From NCBI GenBank assembly GCA_951406725.2, contig OX597816.1:4898001-4962000 (forward strand): a DNA stretch of 64,000 bases, given 5' to 3'. The position numbers were made by a program, and so were the translations under genes. Position 1 is the stretch's first letter; each line of letters begins with the position of its first letter. The stretch comes from Octopus vulgaris (lineage: Eukaryota). This document shows positions 30,303 to 43,595 of this stretch, in pieces. The notes beneath the pieces are model-generated. The model saw nothing but the letters and a program-made list of their open reading frames with translations, made no database searches and had not been told where the DNA came from.

Positions 30303-30592
30303 CAAAATAAGCAACAAGAATAACTTCGGTAATTTGGTACGATCGTTTCACGCTACATCATTTTATTAAATATTGTAAGTATTACAACGGTTTTGAAATG
30401 TTGAGCAATCATCAACCATTTATAGAGGTTTTCCATTAATACATAATTTTCATATTAATTGATAACATTATAGAGAAGGTAGATATATAGACAAAGATGT
30501 AAAACTGTTGTAATACTTACAATATTTAATAAAATGATGTAGTGTGAAATGATCGTACCAAATTACCAAAGTAATTCCTGTTGCTTATTTTG
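30303..30592 (-). mobile_element. HHR-bearing foldback element with about 90-bp inverted arms
   Basis: 30303-30394 and 30501-30592 are inverted; adjacent to (TA)n. Confidence 0.75.
30335..30418 (-). ncRNA. Hammerhead fold with long stem II and a C3-to-U change
   Basis: Minus strand TGG TTGATGA T TGCTCAACATTT...AAATGATGTAGCGT GAAA CGATCG TA CCA. Palindromic ACGATCGT stem III, GUA triplet. Confidence 0.6.
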
Positions 30593-30738
30593 ATTATAAT
30601 CACCCCATGGGTTTATATGGATAACACCATACAAAATTCTAGTGCATCTAACTTAAGTACCATATTCATTTGAATCTAAATTTTGCTGAACTTATTATAT
30701 TATATATATATATATATGTGCGTATTTATATGTATATA

Positions 30739-30771
<33 letters not shown>

Positions 30772-31449
30772 GTATATATATGTGTGTGGTGTATATATAT
30801 ATATGTGTGTGTGTATGAACCTGCATGTTTATGGCTATTTGGGCATGTATATATATATCTATATATCTATATATATATACATATCAATGGTATATGTGTA
30901 TGTGCTGGCCAGTATGGGCGTGTGTCCCCTTATCTATCCCTTGCACTAACCAAATCTCAAAAAATCCTACATAGTTGATAGCATCAAACACAGGAGAAAT
31001 CAATCACGTCCCAAGCAAACAGAGAAGAGATCAATCTTATCCCGATTAAATAGAAGATTGATCATTCTTGTCCCAATCAGTCGTGACATTTAGTTAACAA
31101 GTTCACAGTCTAATGACCCCGTATTCTGATGATCCTCTGTTTGATTGCTCTTTGCATCACCTTGAGCAAGTATCTTTGTTGGATGACTCAAGTTCTGAGT
31201 GAAATATGGATGGTGCCAGTTGATTGGCTTAATACTACCACAAGGTAGTATTAGGTCTCCCCAAGGCAATGACTAGTGACCGAGACCTTTGGAAATATGC
31301 TGTGCGTGAGAAGACCCGGCAGGACAAGTGAGACCATAACCCGGGGCCTTTACCTGGGATGTAGCCATAGGACACAAAACTCTGCTTGCGAAGACCTGTT
31401 GAGGCAAGTGAAATCGAAATCGATCAAAAAATCGATGGAAATTTTAGTT

Positions 31450-31759
31450 GATACCAGTGCCGGTGGCAGGTAAAAAGTACCATCCGAATGTGGCTGTTGC
31501 CAGCGCCACCTCAACTGGCTTCCGTGCCGGTGGCACGTAAAAAGCACCAACCGATAGTGGCCGTTGCCAGCCTTGCCTGGTCCCTGTGCCGGTGGCACGT
31601 AAAAAGCACCCACTACACTCATAGAGTGGTTGGCATTAGGAAGGGCATCCAGCTGTAGAAACACTGCCAGATCAGACTGGAGCCTGGTACAGCCTCCTGG
31701 CTTCCCAGACCCCAGTCGAACTGTCCAACCCATGCTAGCATGGAAAATGGACGTTAAAC

Positions 31760-31790
<31 letters not shown>
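31450..31790 (+). mobile_element. SINE family C with RTE-like (GAT)n tail (representative)
   Basis: AAAAGCACCCACTACACTC..GAGTGGTTGGC.TTAGGAAGGGCATCCAGC...CAACCCATGCTAGCATGGAAA..GGACGTTAAACGATGATGAT. Others at 34660-35200 (minus), 41130-41310, 54370-54790, 57715-57945, 59170-59440, 59950-60195 (minus) and 60945-61055. Confidence 0.85.
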
Positions 31791-31791
<1 letters not shown>

Positions 31792-33882
31792 CAAGGCTCT
31801 TGGGTTCTTTTAGTAAACCCCAATCAGATTGAAGTATTTGATTGAGTGCTTTCCTCTGAAGCAAATCAATAAATCAGAGCTTCTTTCTCTCTTTCCTTAT
31901 CACTGTTAAAACCCTGTTTAAAAGTTATGGATGTTGTGTTTCCCCTTCCCCAACTAAGCAATATCTTACCCCTACTACAAACACATGAACTGGAAATCGT
32001 TCTGAAGCCCTCTACAATCCAATGGGTCAGTGCTTTATTCCCAGATTCCATGGTACAAAGCAGGTGAGAGAAAATCCTGTTCTTGGATGAGATTCTAGTC
32101 TATCACCAGTGAATATTCCTATTGACAAAACTGAACTTTTAGTGATACAAGGTCATTAAATCGTTGGTGTTTGTACACAATATCAGGCAAGCTGTGTGTC
32201 AAGGTGAGAATAACAACACTAATATTTGCATAAGTTTCCATATTGTTTTTCTTATATGGAACATTTGTATTTATATATCAACAACAATTACTGGAGTAAA
32301 CCAGTAAACATGGGAGAGTGGATATGGCAATTACAAGTCTTAATTGCATAAAATATTTTTATTACTTATATAAAAACTGTTCGTGGTCATTAAAGATTAA
32401 ATAAGTGGAAAGAGTGAGAACAGCTTGTCACACCACTGACCAACAGAGGTCTGAGTAGCAGCTGAAGTTGTTTTGCTCCTGACTTCAATATTCCAGATTT
32501 TTATAACATTCAGTCAAAACTTCTAGAAACTTCAGTATAACTATCTTGCAGGAAAATTCACAAAACTTATTTTCAAGTTTACCACTTCTTTGGTTTCACC
32601 CTAGTCAATGTGATTGATGAAACCATGCTTACATAGGCATTGACTCCTTTTATGACAATATAGTTAGAACACGATCCCAAACTGGGGAATCTGAATGAGA
32701 TGGTTCAAATCTCAGCAAATGCTTTGCTACAAACCCAACAAAACTATTTAACAATGTTGTTGTTTCTTCTTAAAGCCAGTTGCTCTCGTTCTTCATTTAT
32801 ATGTTGCTTGTGGGTTAAATAACTTGGCCACAGAGTACCAGCCTTACACCTGGTTACCAAATACTTTATCAATTTGGTAATTCCTGTTCTTACAGGTAGT
32901 TCCATATTTATATTTGATGTTTCTGTCTAAAGGCAGCGCAAAACACTTTTACCAAGTGAGAATTCACAAGATGGAGGAGATAAATTTTGCAGCACTTCCC
33001 AGACACTCTAAACATACCAATCCACAGTGAATTTCGAAAATATGATTGATATTTGTAACTTATAAATGCAATTCACTGCATTTATAAATATATTTATTAT
33101 ATTACAAAGAAATATCAACAAAACTTGACAGTTTTTTTCAGATAATTCTTTTAAAATGTTTTAGCATGCATGTATTATTCAAGGATGCAGCTTATTTGTC
33201 AGCATCTCATGAGACTGAGAAGAGAACGGAAATATAAAGCCAGTACTTTTCTCTCCTTGGACAAGGGATATATTTGAGGTGTGCAACAGAATATACAAAA
33301 TATATACAAGAGAAAATATACATATATATATATACAAAATATATACTAGAGAACACACACACATACACACATATATATACTTTAATAGCAGCAGTTCTAT
33401 TCTAAGTGTCAAAGACTACATCTCAACATTTCTTGGAGAATAAGTTATTACTTAATTGAATACTTAAATATACATTATAACTACTCAGACAGAATCACAT
33501 AAACCCCCAGCATATCGCTGTTTGAAAACAGGAAATGTAACACATTTGCACTTTATTACATTAACTAGTTTTCGAACCATGAACCATAAATTATGTTCTG
33601 TAATGTTCCTCTTAGCTCTGAAGTGATTTTATAGTTGTCTGATATTTTTACCATATTTTTGTGGCATGGAAAAATACATCATTTGCCAATGAAATACCTT
33701 GGAAATTACCATGGATATTCCCCAATACTAGTTGAAAAGTTGTTGCCATGGTTTACTGAAATCAGCAGAAAGGAGGGTGAGTTGGTAGCAGTTGTAGTCA
33801 AGTACTAGTAGCTGGCAGGTGGTCAGCAGTGGAGTGCATGCGGTAGTACAGTGTATCAGATGAATAATTTCAGGACAGTTAA

Positions 33883-34103
33883 CCCTTTCGTTACTGTATT
33901 TATTTTGAGATGCTCTGTGTTTCTTTCAATTACTTTAAATATAACAAAGAATTTAGTAAAATAACTTAGTTATCATTAAGCTAGGGTCAGGAACATAAAT
34001 TGTGACTAAGGTTTGGTGGAAGATTTTAATTCAAAACTTATGAAAACAAGACATTTGTACTGCAGAGCCAGAAGCGGTTTCAGCCAGGTTGGTAACAAAA
34101 GGG
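33883..34103. mobile_element. piggyBac-type MITE
   Basis: TTAA on both sides (33879-82 and 34104-07); TIR CCCTTTCGTTAC / GTAACAAAAGGG. A related TTAA-CCCTTT end starts near 21075. Confidence 0.85.
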
Positions 34104-37100
34104 TTAAAGCATATTATTGTGTCCAACAATAATATCCAACAACAAACCACCAGGAAGGTAGCCATTATTTGGTAATTTAGCTCAGCAACTGGCATTAGCA
34201 CTCTGCTAGCTTGTGCGCCAATTTTGTCTGATAACAAGCATTCGGTGTGTACCTACTGGACATAGATTTAACTTTGGCAACAATAAGAATTATTTCACAT
34301 AGATTTAACTTTGGCAACTATAAGAATTATTTCCAAGAATTATATTTCCAAAGTCCAAATGCATTTTCCACAATGCAGCTTCTACCTTACCACAATGTAT
34401 GGTAACTTTAGACAACTCACTTTGTCTGGGTCTCAGGAACAGACGCCAATTATACAAACAGTATCACCTGAGGTAATTTGGAATTGAACCTGGAGGAGAT
34501 TTTTAAAGAAAATAAGCTCTAGTTTTTGTGAATCCATTCAAGATAGAAAAAGGATTTTCATTTACTAATAAAAAAAGGGACTTAGGTGGATACTCAAAAT
34601 ACTTGTCAGTTCTCCTCCTCCTCTTCCTCCTCCTCCTCCTCCTCCTCATCATCATCATCATTGTCATTGTCATCATCATTTAACGTCCGTTTTCCATGCT
34701 GGCAGGAGTTGGACAGTTTGACTGAAAACTGGTAAGCTGAGGGGCTGCACCAGATTCCGATCTGATTTGGCAACGTTTCTACAGCTGGATGTCCTTCCTA
34801 ATGCCAACCACTTTGAGAGTGTAGTGTGTGACTTTTACGTACCACTGGCATGGGTGCCATTGACCTGACACAGGCATCGGCCGGCCACGACAATGGTCTC
34901 ACTTGACTTGACAGGTCAACGCAAGCCAAGGGCCTTGACCCCCTGTCACTACCTCCGTAAAGCTCAATGCTTGAATGGTGCTTTTTACGTGCCCCTGGCA
35001 GGGGTGCCATTGATCTGACACCAGCATCAGCGACAAAGATGGTCTCACTTGGCTTGACAGGTCAACACAAGCATGGTATATTGCGAAAGAACTTAGTCAC
35101 CTGTCATTGCCTCAAAGAGGGTCAACACTCAAACAGTGCTTCTTACATTCCACCAGCATGGGTGCCAGTCAGACAGCACTGGCATCAGCCACGGCCATAT
35201 CACCCAACAATTGAAGGGTGCTTTCAACAGGCCACTTACACAACGCTGGCATCAGCCAACAATCTGGTGGAGTTTAATGTTATTTTGAGAACTGGAAACC
35301 AATTTTATTCCTCTGCAGTGAATGGTAGAATGGTTAGAATAGGCACAACCAGTTCAATAATTTAATGTCTTAACGTGAAACCTGTTGCATGGCAACGGAA
35401 ACTTTATGTTAAATATTCCATTTGTTGCTTTGTTTTATGTAAAGAAAATAATCTTTACTGCAACAGGCACGTGGCCACATAAAATAAATAGGAATATTTT
35501 TCTTTTTTTAGTGTTCCATGAAAAGTGGAAGAGGATAAGATTAGCAAGTACCAACACATGGTTCCTGAATTGTAATTTACTGCTGGGGAAATATAATTTA
35601 GAGCAGGTGAATTATAATTTACAGCAGGTGTTTCGTTATTTTTGTAGACAGGCAGAAACCTTAACTATCTCCCATTCACCCATTTGCTTGAAAAGCTCTT
35701 CAAGATTTCAATATTATCTGCTCTGATCTTAGAAGCTCATTCTTTAATGTAGACCTATGATATTTGGATAATATTAATGCTGTCAATATTGTCTTTCTTT
35801 GAAATGTGAACGAACGACCGACAGAATGTGTTTCATGTAGTTTTGCAGATATGACAGCAGACTGCTTTATGCATTTTGTGTTATGCATTTATGCATTTAT
35901 GCATTTATGCATGCATCCATTATGCATTAGCACATGGCCAGAAATGAAATATTTTAATGTTTAAAAGAGTAAACTAAGAAGTTTTGGCACGCAGGGGATT
36001 CTCTTACCAGTCACAGAAAATCATAGAGCCATGTTGTTTACCTTCAACTATAAAGATAAATATTACTTCATGACTCTATTACTAAAATCACTGCCAGCAT
36101 TAACGTACCTTTCAATAAATTAACCTCAATTAACATCATAGATTCAACCAGGTTTGCTATAAACTATAAATTTTTTGATTGGGAGCACCGTGGATGATTG
36201 GTAAAACCGTCCAACAGCTGACATCTGCAACACAAGTTCAACTCACGAGTCAATCATTTCATTTTTGTATTCTAAATTTCTATCTATAGTTAATAACCAG
36301 AAGAATATTAAACTCTACCAGTCTCACTCTCTCCTGCTGGTTTTTATATGAAGATAAATTTTGATAAGGTGTCCCTCAGATCCAATAATATCACTGCACG
36401 TTGGTTAGAGATAGGATATTCATATTACAAGAGATAAAGAGATTCCTGTGTAATAAATAGCAAATGATTATTCGGATAACCAACATAATGCCGTTGCTTG
36501 TGTACACCCAACATGCATCCGAAATGTCTGCTCGTAAATGAAGATTATTGTGCCGAAACATTAAAGGGGGAATCAAAATAAATTCAATAAAGGCAACATA
36601 AAACAAACAGAAAAGAAGAAAAATGCAAACACAATCACAATAAATTGAGAATATTTGGTCATGCACTCGTGTGTGTATATATGTATATATATATATGCAT
36701 ACATATATATACGTATGCTCACGTGTACACTTAGAAAACATGGGGATATTTATGTAGAGAGTGAACACAGATATTAAGCAATGATATTCATAAACAAATA
36801 TACAAATAGAGAAATACAGGCGTACGGAAACACACGGAACATATTTATATTTATAAGTACACGCAGCCATGTAGTCATACTTGAAACACACATGCAAAAA
36901 CACACGCATGAAAGCACAAAGCATGGGATGTTTGTCTATAATATTACACACATACACACACAGACACATATATATATACATATATATGTATATATATGTG
37001 TGCGTGTGTGTGTGTGTATATATATATGTAGATAGATAGTGAGATACACATATATATACATATATATATGATGCATATACATATATATTTATACATACCA

Positions 37101-37199
37101 ATGTACATTTATACATATATCTATATATATATATATAAATGTATGTATATATGTACACACGTTTGTATGTATATAGTATATACATACATGTGTGTGTGT

Positions 37200-37236
<37 letters not shown>

Positions 37237-37598
37237 TAGCTAGATAGAGAGATATACACATATATATATATACACATACACACATATATATATATACTTC
37301 CCCACACATATATATGTATATATACATACACATGCATATAAATGTATATGTATATACATATATATACACACACACATGTATGTATATATATATATATATA
37401 CATAAATACATGTGTACATATATACATACATCTATAAATATATGCATGTATGTACATTGGCGTATATAAATATATATGTATATGTGTCTTATATATTCTA
37501 GACATGCATTGAAGAAGGATTTTTTTTTGTTTTGTTTGTAATTTTGCCATTTTTGTTTTCGTTTTTTTGTCTATACAAATAGTGTAGAAAAAACTCAC

Positions 37599-37779
37599 CT
37601 AGTGGAATAAAAGCCAGATTTTCTGGTTCACAGTTATATTGGTTGAGATCAATATTCTTTATATATTTCATTTCTTCGATATCCAGTTTGAACAGGCCTC
37701 GCTGGCCGCTGTGAATCACGTAACCAAACAGGAAAGTCGGGTGCAAAGTGTTGGAGGGTGGCAGGAACAATTTATTTAC
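37599..37779 (-). CDS. FSTL5: FSTL4/5-like exon C (phase 0 to 1)
   Basis: VNKLFLPPSNTLHPTFLFGYVIHSGQRGLFKLDIEEMKYIKNIDLNQYNCEPENLAFIPL(G), compare FSTL4 'DFFIPPTN...FGFI...KVDLETM...CVPQAMAHTHLGG'. tttcAG / GTgagt; 181 nt. Confidence 0.92.
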
Positions 37780-38748
37780 CTGAAAAATATTAAGAAGATG
37801 GACAAGGATGAAGATAATCCCCCAAATACAATCATCGCAGATTCAGGTTGAGGTTTGGGATAAGTCAACCAAATATAAGGAATTCTTATTTGTATACAGC
37901 TCCACCTCCACCTCTCTCTCTCTCTTTCTCTCTTTCTCGCTCCCTCTCTCTCTCTCTCTCTTTCTTTCTTTTTCTTTTGCAAACATATCTATCTCTATTG
38001 ATACATGCATATATATATATGTATGTATGAATATATATATATATATATGTATGTATGTATATATATATGCACACACACATATACATTCACACACTCATAT
38101 ATATATACATGTACACACATATATACATGAACACACATATATATGAATGCACACACATACATATATATACATGCACACAAATTCACACACACACACACAC
38201 AAGTGTACTTATATAAACATATTTATACATCTATATATACATATATATACACATATACACAAATCTACATGCATCTATATATACACACAAATGAGTTAGT
38301 GTCTACATAGGGTGGGAGAGTGAAGACCCCTTTCCATCACGAATGACCATGAGATTGCACCTATAAAGTTACCCTCTGAGGCTCAAGTCTGGTCAAGGTT
38401 GTTTATGGAAGACCAGCAGTCTCCCATGCATACCAGACTCCCCTCTCCATGCCACTGATGTTATCCAAGGGAAAGGCAAAGGGGCCGATACAGCTTGGCA
38501 GCAGTGACATCACCACAACTCATTTCTACAGTTGAGTTAAGTGAAGCAATGCGAAATCAAATGTCTTGCTCAAGAACACAACACACAGCCCAGGCTGGGA
38601 ATCGAACTCACTACCTCGTGAATGTGAGCCCGATGCTCTAACCACTGAACCATGCACCTGTATTTACATATACGTATACATATAAGGCAGAAGTGAGATG
38701 ACCATATGGTAAGAAAAATAAAGGGATCTGGGGTAGAGATCCATTTAT

Positions 38749-39165
38749 AGGCACAGGAGTGGCTGTGTGGTAAGTAGCTTGTTTACCAACCACATGGTTC
38801 CGGGTTCAGTCCCACTGCGTGGCACCTTGGGCAAGTGTCTTCTACTATAGCCTCAGGCTGACCAAAGCCTTGTGAGTTGATTTGGTAGACGGAAACTGAA
38901 AGAAGCCCGTCGTATATAAGTATATATATATATATATATACGTGTGTGTGTTTGTGTGAGTGTGTTTGTCCCCCTAGTATTGCTTGACAACCGATGCTGG
39001 TGTGTTTATGTCCCCGTTACTTAGCAGTTCGGCAAAAGAGACCGATAGAATAAGTACTGGGCTTACAAAAGAATAAGTCCCGGGGTCGAGTTGCTCGATT
39101 AAAGGCGGTGCTCCAGCGTGGCCACAGTCAAATGACTGAAACAAGTAAAAGAGTAAAAGAGAGTA
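38749..39165 (+). mobile_element. tRNA-derived SINE family A (representative full copy)
   Basis: A box TGGCTGTGTGG, B box GGTTCAGTCC, core GCCTTGTGAGT.GATTTGGTAGACGGAAACTG, internal (TA)n(TG)n, tail GGCGGTGCTCCAGC.TGGCC.CAGTCAAATGACTGAAACAAGTAAAAGAG. Other copies (approximate): plus 18805-19190, 28043-28445, 53042-53417; minus 969-1342, 2593-3060, 21231-21637, 29201-29612, 49652-50050; partials at 215-340, 10245-10410, 11560-11720, 62550-62760. Confidence 0.92.
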
Positions 39166-39559
39166 AAGAGAGAGAGACCGAGGAAGACATGGGGTGAGGT
39201 GGGGAAGTATGACCTTCGAATGTTGGGCCTCACAGAGGCAATGACAAAAGACCGGGGCCACTGGAGGTATGCTGTGACTGAGAAGACCCAGCAAATAAAG
39301 TGAGTTCACAGCTCTAACCTACACCTGTGTGGCATAACCAGCCAACTCAAAAAGTACCTTTGGATCATAGGGCAACGTGCCGTGCTTGAGGAGACCTATT
39401 GAGTCAAGTACATCGACATCAACAGCAATATCAAAATGAAATCAAATGGAGATTGTAGTTGACACAAAAGTAGATGCCTCAACATGGTCTCTTTAAGTGT
39501 TAGAAACAAGTGAAACCTCCTTTGAAACAGATATCCTATTATCTTTATAATAAATGGAT

Positions 39560-39900
39560 ATATAGCGTGATAAAGTTCAAGATAGAAAATTAATGAAACA
39601 AAGAACAATACGGAATGGTCAGTATTTGAATGTCTGTGATTGTAGTTCTCCTGAATCAGGGTTCAGTTGATAAGAAACAACATCTAGAAACTTCTATATT
39701 GCGTTCCAGGACTGTTCAGTGAAACTTAAAACTTAATCATTAATTTCGGTTTCCATGTAAACATCACAAACAAAATGATAACCTTAAAATAATCATGTGT
39801 CCAATAAATATTTTTATCCCATTCACTCAAATATCTCAATTTTCCATCTAAATAAATGGCTGCTTCGTTTCATGAAGTGAAATTCAACTTCCTGACAGTA
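39560..39900 (-). mobile_element. Possible Penelope RT relic
   Basis: Minus-strand fragments LSFTE...KFLDV...TDI resemble PLE RT 'IKFT.E...FLDV...TDIY.KPT'. Confidence 0.4.
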
Positions 39901-40616
39901 ATTGAAAAGCCTTATATAAATATTTGTATGTATATATATGTATGTATGTATATATGTATGTATATATATGTATGCATATATGTATGTATATATGTATGTA
40001 TATATGTATGTATGTATGTATATATGTATGTATATATGTATGTATGTATATATGTATATATATGTATGTATATATATATTTATATGTATATATATATGTA
40101 TATATATATATGTATGTGTGTGTGTGTGTATGTATATATATATATATATATATATAGATAGATATATATAGATTGATATATATATATGTATAGATGTATG
40201 GATGTATGTACATGTATGTATCATTTTGTACACATACATAATACATATGCATGTACACATGTTTGTCTATCTGTGCATGTAGCTTTTTATGTGCAGTTCA
40301 GCATGTTAATGTAGCAGAGAGCAACACAATTGATATTCATAGATTTTAAATTAAATATCTATTAAAATTTAAAATATAGAAATTTAATTTAGTCACAGCA
40401 AATATAGATTATGCTTTCCCCTAATATATTTAAGATGATAACTCCACACACACAGCCTTATTGTAACATGTTGAGCATTTTGGGAAGACATAACAACACT
40501 ATAACATAAAAAAAAATACGGCACTGAATGTTTTATACAGCACTGACTAAATAAGTAAATGGTCGTGTGTTCAATCTCACATCCTGGGACCTTGGACAGA
40601 TGTCTTCTACTTCGGC

Positions 40617-41135
40617 TGTGCCGGTAGCACGTAAAAAGCACCAACCGATCGTGGCTGCTGCCGGCCTCCCCTGGCACCTGTGCTGGTGGCACGTAAAAAG
40701 TACCAACCGATCGTGGCTGCTGCCAGCCTCCCCTGGCACCTGTGCCGGTGGCACGTAAAAAGCACCAACCAATCGTGGCTGCTTCCAGCCTCCCCTGGCA
40801 CCTGTGCTGGTGGCACGTAAAAAGCACCAACCGATCGTGGCCACTACCAGCCTCCCCTGGTACCTGTGCTGGTGGCACGTAAAAAGCACCAACCAATCGT
40901 GGCTGCTGCCAGCCTCCCCTGGCACCTGTGCTGGTGGCACGTAAAAAGCACCAACCGATTGTGGCCACTGCCAGCCTCCCCTGGTACCTGTGCTGGTGGC
41001 ACGTAAAAAGCACCAACCGATTGTGGCCACTACCAGCCTCCCCTGGTACCTGTGCTGGTGGCACGTAAAAAGCACCAACCAATCGTGGCCGCTTCCAGCC
41101 TCCCCTGGCACCTATGCCGGTCGCATGTAAAAAAG
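40617..41135 (+). repeat. 60-bp GC-rich minisatellite (about 8.5 copies) inside SINE family C
   Basis: Unit CTGTGCTGGTGGCACGTAAAAAGCACCAACCGATCGTGGCTGCTGCCAGCCTCCCCTGGCAC. Confidence 0.93.
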
Positions 41136-43409
41136 CACCCACTACACTCATGGAGTAGTTGGCGTTAGGAAGGGCATCCAGCTGTAGAAACCTTGCCAGT
41201 TCAGACTGGAGCCTGGTGCAGCCGCCTGGTTTGCCAATCCTCAGTGAAATCGTCCAACCCATGCCAGCATGGAAAGCGGACGTTAAACAGCAATAGTGAT
41301 GATGATGATGATGTGTGTTTGAGCGTGTATCTGTATATTTGGATGATATTGATGATGAAGGTTTGAAAGTATGTGAAGATCTGAATAATGGTAGTAAGCT
41401 TTCTGAAAACCTCAATAGCTTGGTACAAGTTAGAAATTTCCTACGCTAACAGAAAATAATCAATTTTTAAAAAATTTATTTCCTTAGTAAATATTAACAT
41501 AAACACTGAACTGCTTGTTGTCTTTTCAGATATCAAAAGCAGACACACAAACAAACAATCAAATAAGCAGAGATAAAACTTAGGCACACCAATTTTTGAT
41601 GGTTGAATATTTTGTAATGTTGGGAATGACTGCAGCTGTGACCTACACACATGCACACCAGAAACAAACCTTGAGGACAGAGTCTGTTACAGCTTTTCTA
41701 ATGAATTCAACCAGCAATTCTACAACCAAACAATTCTAAATGTCAATTATTGTCAGGAACCATTTTACTTGAATGATAATTCTTCTCATGCCATTATAGC
41801 TGACCATGTTAAAACTAATAACCATTTCTAAGTGTAGGTCCCATAAGATGGTTATTAATAGCAATTTGCGGTTCTATCTGGAAGAAAACTATTGGAAAAA
41901 GGATATTATTGATTTTAGCAATTTTTATAGGCCTCTAACTTGTTCTATACCTTCGAACAAAATTTTCTATTTGGAAGCTTTTGTATCGTATAACAAAGTT
42001 CTTCAACAGAACAATTCATCAGACAATTGCTTGATTCTTCCCCTTCAGCAAACTTGCTTCTGGTAAAAATATATACAAAAAAAAAAAAAAGGCTGTTGCT
42101 ATGATACAACCATTTCCAAAATAACGCTGATTGGAAATGCTATTCAATTTCAAGCAGGATTTGGGAAAATAAAAGAAAATTGATATCACCCGTCATAAGA
42201 AAATCACAAATCTACTATTTTAAACCTTAGCTTATCTGGATTTTTGCTTTTTATGGTTGTTCTTTATAAAAGACCAAAAACAGCAACAAACAAAGAAAAA
42301 ACATTTATTGTTGATAAAAAAAACAAACAAAGGAAAACAAAAGAAGAACAGCATAAACTAAAATAACATTTCAATGCTGCTAAAATGCTGAGGAAATTTA
42401 ATACGATGGAAGACAAGATTGAGCAGAAGATACAATGAAATCAGTCTCCAGTTGTGGCTGACCAAAGATTTATCTATAGAATGGTGAGATCTTGCTAATG
42501 GCCCAATCAAAATCAAAACTCTGAAGCTTTGTTGTCAAATTCCTGACAGGTTATTGAATAAAAGCAAAACAATTCCACCAATGTCAGCATGAAGGTTTGG
42601 AACATCTTACAAGTTTTGGAACATTTACAAGTTTGGCTTTCACCCATTTTTATCAGTTCCGACTTTGTTCACCACAAACAACAAACATCTGAGTCTGTTC
42701 ATTCAGTACTTTAAAAGATGGTGGATGATGATGATGGTTGTGGTGGTTGTGATAATGATGACGATGATGATGACAATAATGAAGGTGGCTATGTGGATGG
42801 TAATGATGATGATGATGACAACAATGATGAGGATGATGTAGCTATGGTGACGATGACGATGATGGTGATGATGACAATAATGACTGTAGCTAGGTTGATG
42901 ATGATGATGGCGATGATGATGATGAAGCTATGTTGGCGATAATAATGATGATGATGGTGATGATGACAATTATGAATATAGCTAGGTTGACGATGATGAT
43001 AGTGACGATGTAGCTATGTTGACAATGATGATGATGATGATGATGATGATGATAATGATGATGATGATTATGATGACGATGATGATGAGGAGGAGGATGA
43101 TGATGTTGAAGATGACAATAATGAATGTAGCTATGTTGATAATGATGATGATGATGACGATGAAGACGATGATGTAGCTATGTTGACGACGACGATGATG
43201 ATGATGATGATGACAATGCTGATAATGATGAAAGGATGATAGCACAAGTGGTGTAGCATCAATGATGATGATGATAATGGTGGTGGTGGTGGGGAGGCAT
43301 TAAAATAAAGATGTTGTTGCTGTTGTTAATAACAGACATTGAAAGTGGAAGGAAGAGAAGAAAGAAAAGTTAAAAACGTATTTTTCTGGCCAAAACTGTA
43401 AATTCTTAC

Positions 43410-43595
43410 CAAATCGAATCTGTTTCCAATCGGTTGTGTATGAACAGCATGATGCTGCTTGTCCTGTGATGCTTCTCGGATGACAACAATTGTCTTGGAA
43501 CCAGTATCAACTTCATTATTCCAGCACAGAACCCACACTTGATCCAAACTTTCAATGTAAAACATTGAAACAGGGTCTTTGTCAGTGTAAATTAC
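43410..43595 (-). CDS. FSTL5: FSTL4/5-like exon B (phase 0 to 0)
   Basis: VIYTDKDPVSMFYIESLDQVWVLCWNNEVDTGSKTIVVIREASQDKQHHAVHTQPIGNRFDL contains the FSTL4/5 DQVWVL motif. ttgcAG / GTaaga; 186 nt. Confidence 0.92.

Noticed and set aside
31860-32850. Possible decayed LINE RT pieces (DLSKAF-like on plus, C-terminal-like on minus)
   Set aside because: Motifs too degraded to call by eye.
34260-34345. 37-bp direct duplication
   Set aside because: Simple local slippage duplication with no further structure.
40393-41415. 340-aa repetitive ORF and a CRISPR-like periodic look
   Set aside because: A 60-bp tandem minisatellite inside a SINE with no unique spacers; eukaryotic context with no cas genes.
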